From: a virus | Taxonomy: Duplodnaviria > Caudoviricetes | Length of the DNA stretch: 64,000 bases | Reading direction: 5' to 3' (one strand) | IMG/VR virus record: IMGVR_UViG_3300033073_001153 | Span: 160,001-224,000 of that record | In this document: positions 17,399 through 28,400 of the stretch, in pieces | Layout of the letters: the number at the start of each line of letters is the position of its first letter | Position numbering within the stretch: position 1 is the stretch's first letter | The notes under the pieces: generated by a model | What the model was told of the DNA's origin: nothing | The model's input: only the letters and a program-made list of their open reading frames with translations | Databases searched by the model: none | Program-made: the position numbers and the translations under genes

Positions 17399-18832
17399 AT
17401 GAAAATATCAATTCCTGATAAAATAAAATCAGAAATTGATGTTATAGAAGCAGTTTATTTAGAAACTGATAATACAAATGCCGGGGAGAAATCCCCGGCA
17501 TTTGTCGGTTCTATAATATCAGATAAACATATAAGAAAAATTTCATTTATAGAATTGAGTAATTCTGTATATGAAAGGTGCTCTAATATACAATACAGAA
17601 TATTATACAAAAATGGAGTTACCGAAATTTTGAAGTTTTTTACAAAACAAGATAGTTTATATAAATTCGGAATAAACGAAAATAATTTTAAATCAACGAT
17701 AATAAAACCAGATAATGAAAGAAAATGTTTTTTAAAAGACAAAAGCAAGAAATTAATAAAAAATATCAATTCTTTTTTTAACACAATCTGTGAATATTTT
17801 AAAGAACCCTTAATTTATTTTTTCAAAACCATAAGTTTATACTTTAGGAAAATTTTTATTAAAAATAAAAAAAGTTATTTCGTTCATACTGGAAGTGCTA
17901 AAGATTTAGTTAAAACAAATAACAAATCAAATTATCCCAACACTAAATTAGGTAAAAAAAGAGTAATAAGTAAATTAAACCAAAAATATAAAAAAGCTTT
18001 AAAAGAAAAAACACATTCTGTCGGAGATAAGAATTTAATTTATTATTCAGTTGCTGGTTCTGAAGATTGGATAGATTTATTAAAAATTAATATATTTTCC
18101 TTATTAAAATTTAAAGATGTAGATGTAGATTTATTGTTTATAACAACAAATAAATTAAAAAAAGAAATACTAAAAATAGAAAACATAGACAAATTAAATA
18201 TAGATTTTTTAATTGTTAAAGAGCCGGAAGATGGAATAGAAGCTTCTATGAACAAGCTGTTAATTTACAAATACAAAAAAATTAAAAGCTACGGTAAAAT
18301 TTTGTTTTTAGATTGTGACACAAAAATAGTAAACCTTATATCAAATATATTTAATAATATTTTAAATCCTGAAAAATTTTATACAGCATGGAAATCTTAT
18401 TATATAAATAAAATTCTTTTTGATGCATTCAGCCAACCTTTTCATGGGATAGGTTTATTTACTGGGGAAGATGTGGAAAATTGTAGAAAAAACAATCAAC
18501 ATCCTTTTAATGCTGGTCAATTTCTTTTCTGTGTAAATGACATGATGTTAAAACATATAGAAAATGTACATTGGCTTTCTAAAGAATGGCCGGGAGATTA
18601 TTTCTTTGAACAGGCTTTTCTAGTACATTATATGTGTTTATATAATTTAACTGAATCTAGTTTATTAGATGAAAAAGTAAACTTATATTCAATAAATCCA
18701 AAAGAACCTTCTTGTGCTACTGTAAAAGATATAAATGATGAAAAAGTAGTCATTTTTCATTTTATAGGAAATTCCGCAAATATAGACTTCAAATTAAACT
18801 TTATTAAAAACTTTACAAATGCCAATATCTAA
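17399..18832 (+). CDS. glycosyltransferase (GT-A, GT8-like C-terminal domain)
   Basis: KILFLDCD (DxD), FNAGQF, FEQAF, IFHF. Confidence 0.75.
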   Translation: MKISIPDKIKSEIDVIEAVYLETDNTNAGEKSPAFVGSIISDKHIRKISFIELSNSVYERCSNIQYRILYKNGVTEILKFFTKQDSLYKFGINENNFKSTIIKPDNERKCFLKDKSKKLIKNINSFFNTICEYFKEPLIYFFKTISLYFRKIFIKNKKSYFVHTGSAKDLVKTNNKSNYPNTKLGKKRVISKLNQKYKKALKEKTHSVGDKNLIYYSVAGSEDWIDLLKINIFSLLKFKDVDVDLLFITTNKLKKEILKIENIDKLNIDFLIVKEPEDGIEASMNKLLIYKYKKIKSYGKILFLDCDTKIVNLISNIFNNILNPEKFYTAWKSYYINKILFDAFSQPFHGIGLFTGEDVENCRKNNQHPFNAGQFLFCVNDMMLKHIENVHWLSKEWPGDYFFEQAFLVHYMCLYNLTESSLLDEKVNLYSINPKEPSCATVKDINDEKVVIFHFIGNSANIDFKLNFIKNFTNANI

Positions 18833-19421
18833 CACTCATAAATTATGTTTTGTTCATATACCTAAATCTGCTGGTTCTTCAGTAGAAACAGCATTAGATA
18901 TGAAACATTTAGAATGTCTTTATACACATTACAAATATAAATTGTATAGTGTAACGGCGCAACATTTATATCTTTCTGAAATTTGTAAAGAAATACCGGA
19001 ATCTGAAAAATATGATATATTTACAGTAGTGCGTAATCCTTTCGACAGATTAGTATCAGAGTATAAACATTATCATAAAAATTGGTGGGCAAGAGAGTTT
19101 TTTAATAAAAATTTTGACGAATTCGTTAATACTGTTTTTTCTTTATCAAAAGAAGAAAGAATATTTAAATTTGACAATCATTTAGAACCACAAGTTAATT
19201 TTTTAAATAGACCCGATTTAAACGTGAATGTATTTAAATTTGAAGAATTGCCTGTTTTGGAACAATGGCTTTCCGAAAAAACTAAACAAAATATAAAACT
19301 TCCTCACGAAAGAAAAACAGAGAAAACAAATTATAAGGACTTTTATAAAGCCAAAAAAACTTATGAAATTGTTGAAAATTTTTATAAAGAAGATTTAGGA
19401 AAATTTTCTTATGATTTTTAA
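18819..19421 (+). CDS. sulfotransferase family 2 protein
   Basis: 5'-PSB FVHIPKSAGSS, 3'-PB VRNPFDRLVSEY, HLEPQ, EDLGKFSY. Confidence 0.85.
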   Translation: MPISNTHKLCFVHIPKSAGSSVETALDMKHLECLYTHYKYKLYSVTAQHLYLSEICKEIPESEKYDIFTVVRNPFDRLVSEYKHYHKNWWAREFFNKNFDEFVNTVFSLSKEERIFKFDNHLEPQVNFLNRPDLNVNVFKFEELPVLEQWLSEKTKQNIKLPHERKTEKTNYKDFYKAKKTYEIVENFYKEDLGKFSYDF

Positions 19422-19485
19422 CAACTATAATTAAAAATGTATAACTCATTTAGGATAAATAATATATGGACATCTGTCTATTCAT

Positions 19486-19773
19486 ATGCCTACTTTAAAC
19501 TTTGATCCAGAATTAACAGCTTATTTTACGGAATATAGCTCTAATGTCGGCGTGACGCAATATGGAGTATTTTCTGATAATTCAGAGAATACAGGTGTTG
19601 TTGTCTTAAATGCCATGTTTTCACAAAACTCTAAAAATAGTGGTGATGTATATGGTGATGCAGTTTTCAATAATTATTCCGTAAATGAAGGAATGGTTCA
19701 TGGAAATGCATATGTTACATCTACTGCGACCGTACCTGCCAGCAGCGTTGCTGGTACAATAACTCTTATTTAA
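19486..19773 (+). CDS. small beta-solenoid protein
   Basis: made almost entirely of FxxNSxNxGxVxGxA repeats. Confidence 0.7.
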   Translation: MPTLNFDPELTAYFTEYSSNVGVTQYGVFSDNSENTGVVVLNAMFSQNSKNSGDVYGDAVFNNYSVNEGMVHGNAYVTSTATVPASSVAGTITLI

Positions 19774-19779
19774 TAAATT

Positions 19780-21951
19780 ATGTCAAATCCAAACTCTCAA
19801 CTCGACGGACTAGGAAGTTTTAATCAATCCGCTCAAAATGCAGGAACTATCAAGTATGGAGCATTCTTAAATGCTTCAAAAAACCTTGGTATGATTGCAT
19901 TAAGTGCTACATTCGGTAATACTTCACAAAACTTAGGAACAATTGGTGATATACTTCCAATAACAACTGCATCTATCGTTCAATCAAATTCTGCTAATTG
20001 GGACACTGCATATACCGCAGTAGTATCAAATAGCGCAATTTGGGCACTTAGTGGTAGCGGTGTATCAGAACAATTGGTAGGTGATGTAGTAAGTGCTGTT
20101 ATTAACACAGATAGCTTCGTACAAACTACTGATCCCAGACTTTCTGATATAGCATTAGGTGTTGATGCATATAATCAATTAGGATCTTTATCTTCTTCAG
20201 TTTCCGAATTACAAAATGAACACGATTCTCTTTTAAATAGTGTTCAATCTAATAGTGCAGCATGGATGTCTAATGACACTTCAAATTCCGAATCTTGGGA
20301 TGCGGTTACTTCATATATTAGATCAAATTCAGCTTCTTTAGTTTTTACTAATGACAGCAGATTAGCTGATGTTCCTAATGGAAATGTTGCTTACACTTAT
20401 TTACAATCTGTTTCTGGTGACTTTATCTTAGAAGGAGATAGCAGACTAAGTGATGCACGTACTCCAGTTGCTCATAACCACGATGCTTCTGCTATAACTA
20501 GTGGTAAATTAGATCCAGCAAGATTACCAGTTATTCCCTCACAAGAACAAGTTCTTATAACTGGTGTGATGTACACAGCAGATTCTTCTTATAGTAGCGG
20601 AGATGATCATTTCACTCATTATCTCTCTTCTATTAATCAAGGAACTATCGTTACTACTACTGATGGTTATCGTTGGGTATACACTGGTTCTGGAGACAAA
20701 CGTTATGACAGTTCATATGTATTACTAGCAGATATAACTCCCGATTGGAGTGTTATTTCTAATAAACCAGCATCTTTCCCAGTTGATGCACATACTCATG
20801 TTATTTCTTCTATTACTAATTTAGAAAATAGATTAGAAACTCTCCAAGATAATATCGATGCCAAACAAAATAGCGGAGATTATGTATTAAACAGTGATTC
20901 TCGTTTCACTGTATTAGCTACTAATAGTGCTCAATGGGGAGAAAGCACAGTACAAGGTTATAATGCATATACCTATGTAAATTCTAACTCTGCTTCATTA
21001 GTTTTAACAAGTGATTCTAGACTCACAGATGCACGTACACCAGTTTCACATACTCATAATATTAGTGGAGTTGTTGGACTTCAATCTGCTTTAGATGATA
21101 AAGCTTCCTCATCTGATCTTAATGGAAAAGCAAGTTTATCTGCATTTAATGTTTTAAATACATTAGTAGAAGAAAATAGCGGAACTTGGGAAGGAGTTGG
21201 AATAGTTTACAATTATGTAAAAACTACTTCTGCTGCTGCTGTCTACAGTGATGATGTTCGTTTAGCAAGAGCTAATACTGCTTATACATATGTAAACACA
21301 AATTCTGGTAATGTAAGTAACGGAACTACTGCATATACTTATGTAAATACAAATTCGGCTAATCTTGTACTAACTAATGATAGTAGATTATCTAATACAT
21401 CTACTGCATACAGCTATGTTACTGCAAATTCAGCGAATATTGTAATGACATCAGATAGTAGATTAACTAATGGAACTACCGCATATACTTATGTAAATTC
21501 CAACTCAGCTAATCTCGTACTAACTACTGATACTAGATTATCTAGAGCAAATACAGCATTTACTACTATTACTGCAAATTCTGGTAGTTGGGCTTCAGGA
21601 GCAATCGGATCAATTAACTATACAATTGATGGTGGCGGAAGTGCCATTACAACTGGCAGTAAAGGATTCGTACAAGTTCCAACTAATTTTGTAATCCAAG
21701 AATGGAATATTTTTGCTGATTTAGAAACAACTTCATTTACTGTTGATGTTCGTAAAGCATCTTATGCAAATCTTCCAACTACTAGCACAATTACAAATTC
21801 TGATTTCTTAACATTAACTAATCAACAAAAGAATCGTAATTCATCTGTAAGTTGGACAAATATTAGTGCTGGAGAGTTTGTGGAATTTTATGTCACTGAT
21901 GCATCTAATGCTTCTATGATTAATATTTCTCTCAAAGGTATTCGTAGTTAA
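19780..21951 (+). CDS. tail fibre protein
   Basis: solenoid N-terminus; AYTYVNSNSA..DSRL repeats; HNH/HTH fibre motifs; C-terminal domain shared with the 31904 gene. Confidence 0.8.
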   Translation: MSNPNSQLDGLGSFNQSAQNAGTIKYGAFLNASKNLGMIALSATFGNTSQNLGTIGDILPITTASIVQSNSANWDTAYTAVVSNSAIWALSGSGVSEQLVGDVVSAVINTDSFVQTTDPRLSDIALGVDAYNQLGSLSSSVSELQNEHDSLLNSVQSNSAAWMSNDTSNSESWDAVTSYIRSNSASLVFTNDSRLADVPNGNVAYTYLQSVSGDFILEGDSRLSDARTPVAHNHDASAITSGKLDPARLPVIPSQEQVLITGVMYTADSSYSSGDDHFTHYLSSINQGTIVTTTDGYRWVYTGSGDKRYDSSYVLLADITPDWSVISNKPASFPVDAHTHVISSITNLENRLETLQDNIDAKQNSGDYVLNSDSRFTVLATNSAQWGESTVQGYNAYTYVNSNSASLVLTSDSRLTDARTPVSHTHNISGVVGLQSALDDKASSSDLNGKASLSAFNVLNTLVEENSGTWEGVGIVYNYVKTTSAAAVYSDDVRLARANTAYTYVNTNSGNVSNGTTAYTYVNTNSANLVLTNDSRLSNTSTAYSYVTANSANIVMTSDSRLTNGTTAYTYVNSNSANLVLTTDTRLSRANTAFTTITANSGSWASGAIGSINYTIDGGGSAITTGSKGFVQVPTNFVIQEWNIFADLETTSFTVDVRKASYANLPTTSTITNSDFLTLTNQQKNRNSSVSWTNISAGEFVEFYVTDASNASMINISLKGIRS

Positions 21952-21974
21952 TTAAATTAATAATTTAATCTAAT

Positions 21975-22010
21975 AAAAAGAAGGAGTGGGAAACTGCTCC
22001 TTCTTTTTTT
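21975..22010 (+). terminator. intrinsic terminator
   Basis: AAAAAGAAGGAGTGG-GAAA-CTGCTCCTTCTTTTTTT. Confidence 0.85.
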
Positions 22011-22058
22011 ATTTATAAGATGAAATTCTAGCATTTTGATGTAAATACTCAAAAAGCA

Positions 22059-22352
22059 ATGGAACCTAGTAGAACTATTTTAATAAAACGAAGAAAAGTC
22101 GGTCCAAGTGGTCCGCCGAATTCGTTACATAATGGAGAATTAGCTTTTAATGAAATTAATAGAGTTCTTTATTATGGTTTGGGAAACGATGGTAATGGAA
22201 TTGCCGAAGAGATAATACCTATAGCAGGTGGATTTAATTCATTAATAGAAAACGCAACAGTAACTACTCTTTCGAGTGTTAGCGCATCAGAGGATTATTT
22301 AATAATAAATATAAATGGCCAACAGAGGGCATTGAGATTATTTGATTTCTAA
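22059..22352 (+). CDS. short Mtd_N-like protein
   Basis: IKRR...GELAFNEINRVLYYGLGNDGNGIAEEIIPIAG. Confidence 0.8.
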   Translation: MEPSRTILIKRRKVGPSGPPNSLHNGELAFNEINRVLYYGLGNDGNGIAEEIIPIAGGFNSLIENATVTTLSSVSASEDYLIININGQQRALRLFDF

Positions 22353-22388
22353 AAAAGAAAATATGATCAAAAAAGGATAAATAATAAT

Positions 22389-22649
22389 ATGCCCTATATT
22401 CATAAGTTCACTAAAGAGTTGGAACAGTTTGGGTTATGTAGTTTCCGATTAAATTTATCTGATCCCGATCTTATTCTTCCAGAATTAAATATTCCAGTTG
22501 TTTTTCGTAGTGGAGAAGATACTGAAGAAGCTATGACACAATTAGCTACACGTATGATACAAGAACAAACTGAATTATTCTTGCAATCATTAGTAGCAGA
22601 ACAACCAGTTACTGAAGTACAACCAGTTTCTGATGAATTTCAAATTTAA
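22389..22649 (+). CDS. small acidic late protein (possible spike chaperone)
   Basis: TAAATA 5 nt upstream; precedes two large spike genes. Confidence 0.6.
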   Translation: MPYIHKFTKELEQFGLCSFRLNLSDPDLILPELNIPVVFRSGEDTEEAMTQLATRMIQEQTELFLQSLVAEQPVTEVQPVSDEFQI

Positions 22650-22664
22650 TATTTTTAACTAAAA

Positions 22665-25379
22665 ATGGCTACATATTTTTCAATCAATGATGGTAATTTT
22701 GATAGTGGTAGTGTATTTACAACTACAATAGGAGGCGTATCTACTGGTACTGCTGGATTTTGGGTTGGTACTACATATTCTTATGCGACAACTGTTGCTA
22801 CTTCGGATGGTTCTACATATGCTGGAGTTGCTCTAAATTTATCCGCAAGAAGTGCTAATCCTACGGGCACTATTGATATTACATTAAGTGCAAATAACGG
22901 AACTACTACAGGAACTATTTCTTATCCTGTGAGTGGAATAACTTCATATAATAGTAGTAATAATATAGTTCCCGGTTATCCTGTAGGATGGGTGTATTTT
23001 TCCTTTCCTACTTCATTTAATGTACCAAATACAAGAACCATGACTGTTGGAGTTAAAACATCCACTACCAACCAAGTTGCTTTAATAGGTACTACAAACT
23101 TAAACAATTTAAATAGATTTTATGTCACCACAACATATGGTACTCCCGGTAGCGTTGATGGTGTTCATGTTACTGGTAGTTTAACTACTAATGGATTAGT
23201 TTCAAAAACCGTAAATTATAATTCGGCTTCTACTTTATTAACAAATCTCTATATTCATAATGGAGGTGTGTTAAATTTTGATCCTACATTAAACACGATA
23301 CTTGAAATTCAAGGAGCACAAGGTATGCAAGTGACTCCTGAAGGAACTGTTAATATAGGAACTTCTAGCAATCCAGTAGCATCAGATAAAACTTGTCAAA
23401 TATTATTATCACAAACCAGTTATATAAATGTACATAACGGAGCAAATTTCAGAGCTTATGGTGCTTATAAAACTCCTTATGCATATATTAATTCTAATAT
23501 TAATGCTGGTGTAAGTATCATACCTACTTCTACTGATGTATCAGGATGGAGAACTTCCGATGAAGTAGTAGTAACACCAAATGATGTAACAAATAATACA
23601 TTTGAAATAGGTAATACATTCTCTTCAAAAGGAGTTGGTACTATAACATTAGGAAGTGCTACTACTTATTCTCATATTTCTAGTGATATTATACCCGGAG
23701 TTATAAATGTAGCACGTAATGTTTCTATTAAAGGAAATAATTCAGGGGTTACACAATATGGTTACATAAGATTTTTAGATGGATCTGTAAGTAATATAAA
23801 CAACGTAGAATTCAAGAGTTTAAAAAATACAACTTATAGAGGAATGCATTTATTGACTGATTCCACAGGTTATATTACTTTAAGTAACTGTGTATTTAAT
23901 GGTGATTATGTAACAACCGCACCAGCTATAACAGTTCCTGCTGTAGCTTTATTACCAACAAAAAACCCACTTTCTAATGTTTTTATAGATAATTGTACAT
24001 TCTTTAAATATGGAAGTGGTGCAGTATTATCAAATACTATAGAATTGACTGGATTATCTGCAAATGCTTTCACATTTACAAATAATATTGTATTAAGTTC
24101 TGGTCAAAACGGAATGTTAATAGATAGATTAAGTTCCTCAAATCTTAATATTAAAAATAACTTTTTAATTGGTAATAAAATTCACGGATTACGTGTTCTT
24201 AATCCATATGTATTAAGTGGAACAATAGGTAGTGTTGGATGCATGAATCTATCTTGCGGAGCAGTAGTTTCCGGTGTTAATAGTGTAGGAAATTATGATG
24301 GATTAGGTGGATTATATAATAAATTAGAAGGTATTAATGTTTCTGGTCTCATATCTAGATTATCAACCACTACATTTAGTAATTTAACAGCAAATAATAA
24401 CAATACTTCAGGATTTTCTTTATCTGGAAATAGTAACAATTTACTATCTCCTGTGAAATTAAACATTAATGGTTTAATAGCCAATAATAATAGAGCAGAA
24501 GGGTTTGAGGCGTATTCCGTATACGGAAATCTCAGTTCAATGTCATTTACTGACAATCTATCTGGAAATATTTACATTTCCATAGGAAACGGTTCCATAA
24601 CATTTGATGGACTTTCTTCTTCAAATACAGGTTCAGTTTCTGGTCAAAATAGTAATATTCATATTTTAAGCGGACAGAATTACGGAGCAACTTTATTCAA
24701 AAATTCTAATTTAAAAGGAAGTAATGTAAATGCTATAAAATTCTACAATACTAAGCTTGAACAATTTTCTATGGATTCTTCCACATTAAGTTCTAACTTA
24801 GAAGATATTGGAAGTTCTAGTTCATTAAATTACTTACAAGGTTCTTATCAATTTAATAATTGTACATTTGGTACAGGTATTCTTTCATCAACAATTCAGA
24901 ATTATCAACCAGAAGTTTTTCTAGAAAATGGGTTTGTAGTTATGAAAGAAAACGGAGTAGCTGATAAACACTATCGTTTACTTCAAGCTGGTAAAATTTC
25001 ATTAGATACTACAATAGCATACGGAACTAATACAGTTTCAGAAAAACTAGAACCAACTTCAACAGTTACTAAATTACGTTGCGGATCTAAAATGATTCCA
25101 GTCAACAAAGATTCATCATACACAGTTGGATGTTATGTTCGCAAATCTAGTGGATATTCTGGAGATGCTCCACGTTTAATACTTAGACGCAATAGTGCTT
25201 TAGGATATGAAGATACTGTTTTAGATACTTCTACAGGTTCAGACAGCACTTGGGAATTATTAAATGGCGTAGTACCCGCAGCTTTAGATAAAGGAATTTT
25301 TGAAGTATATGTAGATTGTTCTGGTTCTACTGGATGTGGTTCTATAAACATCGATAATTGGTCTTTAACTTCAGTTTAA
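22665..25379 (+). CDS. G8-like + right-handed beta-helix tailspike-like protein
   Basis: IHNGGVL...GTVNIGTSSNPV, ARNVSI; Asn ladders; C-terminal beta-sandwich ending INIDNW. Confidence 0.7.
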   Translation: MATYFSINDGNFDSGSVFTTTIGGVSTGTAGFWVGTTYSYATTVATSDGSTYAGVALNLSARSANPTGTIDITLSANNGTTTGTISYPVSGITSYNSSNNIVPGYPVGWVYFSFPTSFNVPNTRTMTVGVKTSTTNQVALIGTTNLNNLNRFYVTTTYGTPGSVDGVHVTGSLTTNGLVSKTVNYNSASTLLTNLYIHNGGVLNFDPTLNTILEIQGAQGMQVTPEGTVNIGTSSNPVASDKTCQILLSQTSYINVHNGANFRAYGAYKTPYAYINSNINAGVSIIPTSTDVSGWRTSDEVVVTPNDVTNNTFEIGNTFSSKGVGTITLGSATTYSHISSDIIPGVINVARNVSIKGNNSGVTQYGYIRFLDGSVSNINNVEFKSLKNTTYRGMHLLTDSTGYITLSNCVFNGDYVTTAPAITVPAVALLPTKNPLSNVFIDNCTFFKYGSGAVLSNTIELTGLSANAFTFTNNIVLSSGQNGMLIDRLSSSNLNIKNNFLIGNKIHGLRVLNPYVLSGTIGSVGCMNLSCGAVVSGVNSVGNYDGLGGLYNKLEGINVSGLISRLSTTTFSNLTANNNNTSGFSLSGNSNNLLSPVKLNINGLIANNNRAEGFEAYSVYGNLSSMSFTDNLSGNIYISIGNGSITFDGLSSSNTGSVSGQNSNIHILSGQNYGATLFKNSNLKGSNVNAIKFYNTKLEQFSMDSSTLSSNLEDIGSSSSLNYLQGSYQFNNCTFGTGILSSTIQNYQPEVFLENGFVVMKENGVADKHYRLLQAGKISLDTTIAYGTNTVSEKLEPTSTVTKLRCGSKMIPVNKDSSYTVGCYVRKSSGYSGDAPRLILRRNSALGYEDTVLDTSTGSDSTWELLNGVVPAALDKGIFEVYVDCSGSTGCGSINIDNWSLTSV

Positions 25380-25401
25380 ACTTTTAAATTTTTAATATAT
25401 T

Positions 25402-28400
25402 ATGGCAAATTATTTTTTACTTAGAGATGGTCTTTTGGGAGACACTGGGACATATGGTATAAGTATGTCTGGAGCAGAAAAATTAAACAATAGTACAGGT
25501 TATAAATTAACTACAAATGATAGTTGGAGTACTCAGTTATCTGGAGCAAGTTCTAATATTATAGATTCTATTGCTATACATTTAAGTGGTAGATCTGCTA
25601 ATCCAACAGGTACATTAACTCTTCAAATTAGCAGTAGAACATTTTCTCCTACTACTCTAGGAACCTATCCAATTAGTTCTTTTACTTCATATTATGGGGT
25701 AAATGATCAAATGTCAAACTACCCATTAAATTGGCAATTATTAAAATTATCCACACCATTTACTAATACAAATACTTTTTTCAGAGTAAATCTAAAAACA
25801 AGCAACTCTGATCAATTATCATTAATGGCATTAAGTACTGTTAATGGAATAAGTTACGATTTGATGTGTATAAGAGATACATATGTAGCTTCTCCTCCAA
25901 ATATTTTACATATAGGAAGTAAATTAGATGGGTATAGTACAGAAAACAGAACAATAACTGCTTCTACTGGAACTTATAATGATATTTATATTCATAAGAA
26001 CGGAAGCTTAGTTTTCCCTACTTCTTCTACTACATTATCAGTTATAGGAACAAGTGGAATACAAATCACTTCAGAAGGAACCTTACAAATAGGTTCTTCT
26101 TCTAGTCCAGTTGCAGACACTACAACTCATCAAATATTACTTTCTTCTACTATAGGAGTAAATAATTATTCTGTATTGAACACATACGGTGCATATAAAC
26201 TACCATATGCTACATTTTCTGAAGATTATGCAGCAGGAACTAATGTGTTTATTACATTAGAAAGTCTTTCTACAACTTGGAAAGCAAATGACAATGTGGT
26301 ATTATTACCAAATACTACAACAAATAATACTATAGATACAAGTACCGTAAATAGCTTTTTAACTGAAAAAAGAGTTGTTACCAATTCAAGTACATCATTT
26401 GCACATCCTGTAGTAAGTTATCTTCCGAACATTGCAAATTTAACAAGAAATGTAAAAATAGGAGGATTTTCTTCTATTGCTAAAGGAACTATAAAATCTT
26501 TAAATAATTCTAATGTAAATCTAAATAATACGGAATTCTTATGCATAAGAGGAAGTTTAGCTAGTGATAATAGTAGTTATGTTTCATTAAGTGGATGCAC
26601 ATTAAGTGGTTTCGGTGGTGAAACTTTACATAGTTCAACTAATACAAATTCAACAGAATTTAGCGGTAGTAGATTAGTTGGTCCAATCGGAGTTACTGAT
26701 TTTGATATAAATCCCGGTACAGATTTTACTATTGAAATGTACGTAAAAACATATACAGTAGCAGGTACTATACAAGATATATTTTATTATGGAACTGCCT
26801 CTCCTCTTGCTAATAGTGATTATGGAATTTTAACTAGAATACAAGGCAATAAATTTACTGCTGCTTTTTATGTCGGTGCTGCTGCAACTGCTGTATTAAC
26901 AGCAAATGCCATCAATGAAAATACTTGGCATCATGTTGCTATAGTAGCTAGTAATAGTGCTCTTAAATTATATATTGATGGAACATCATTAGATCAATCT
27001 ACTCAAGTAAATTATAATTATAATAATACTACATTCAGACCTATTATTGGCGGAAATCTTGGTGGTAATCTTTGGCTTCAAGGTAAAATTTCAAATTTAC
27101 GATTTGTAAGAGGAAAAGCAGTATATACATCAAACTTCACTCCTCCTACTAGTGCATTAGGTTTGATAACTGAAAGTGGTGTTACTAATCTAGTATTAGC
27201 ATGTCAATCTCCAGATTTTGTTGATACTGGTGATTTAAAATTACCATTATCTGGTTATAATATTAATAATATTAAGTTTGATGCCGATTCTGTTTTTGGA
27301 TCACAATATAAAAACTGTAATATTAATAATTGTGTAACATTTAAAACAAAATACGGAATAACTTTAAATAACGGAATTTCATCAAATAATACAATAAACA
27401 ATAACTTAATTTTAAGTTCTATGTATTCTGGAATTTATATTAATAATGGAGGCATGGGAAGTATTTCTAGCTCTAATAATAATATATCTGTTGGACCATC
27501 CACATACGGAACATATTTAGAAAATAACGCAAATAATAAAACATTAAATGGTATCATAAATTATGATAATACATATGGTACATATATTAAAACCGCACAT
27601 TCTGGAGTAATAAGTAATATTACTAATACTTATAATACCAGTGGTGGTGTTTATGTTGATGGAAATACACAAAATTTGAGTTCAACTATTTTCAGAAATA
27701 TAACTGCATCAAATAACAAAACGGTTGGTTTTATTGTATCTGGAAATTCTATTAATCATTTATCTCCAGTTATACTGAATATAGATGGTTTGGTTGCAAA
27801 TTCTAATTTAAATGGTGGTTTTGAAGGTTACTGCATTGCTGGTAATTTAAGTTCTATTCAATTAAGTGGAAATAGCGGAAATTATGCAATGAAAACTTCT
27901 ATTGGTAATTATTATACTACTATAGATGGTATTACTGCATTAACTAATGATGTTGTTGGAACTTCTGCTGCTATTGGAATACTTTCAGCAATTAATTATT
28001 ATCCAACCGTAATAAAGAATTCTAAAGTAGGAAAAGCAGTTGGATCTTCTGTATATGGTGCTGCTATTAGTTTAGATAGCACTAAATTCTCTCAATTTAA
28101 TGTGTATAATTCAACAGTAAGTGGAGGATCTAGTGATTTTCAATTAAGAAACACAAACGGTGTAATCGAAGGATCATACTTAATTGGAAATACAAATATT
28201 GGTAATCTTCCAGTAGGTGCTGGTGTAACTTCTTCTAACTATCAATCTGATGTGTTAAAAACTACTGGATTTGCATTCACAAACATGAACAATGCAAGTG
28301 GATATAATGTTACATATCTTGCTGCGGGAACTCGTCAAATCGATTCTACTACAACTTGTAACATTAACGAATCAACTTCACCTTCTGAACGTTTAACTCC

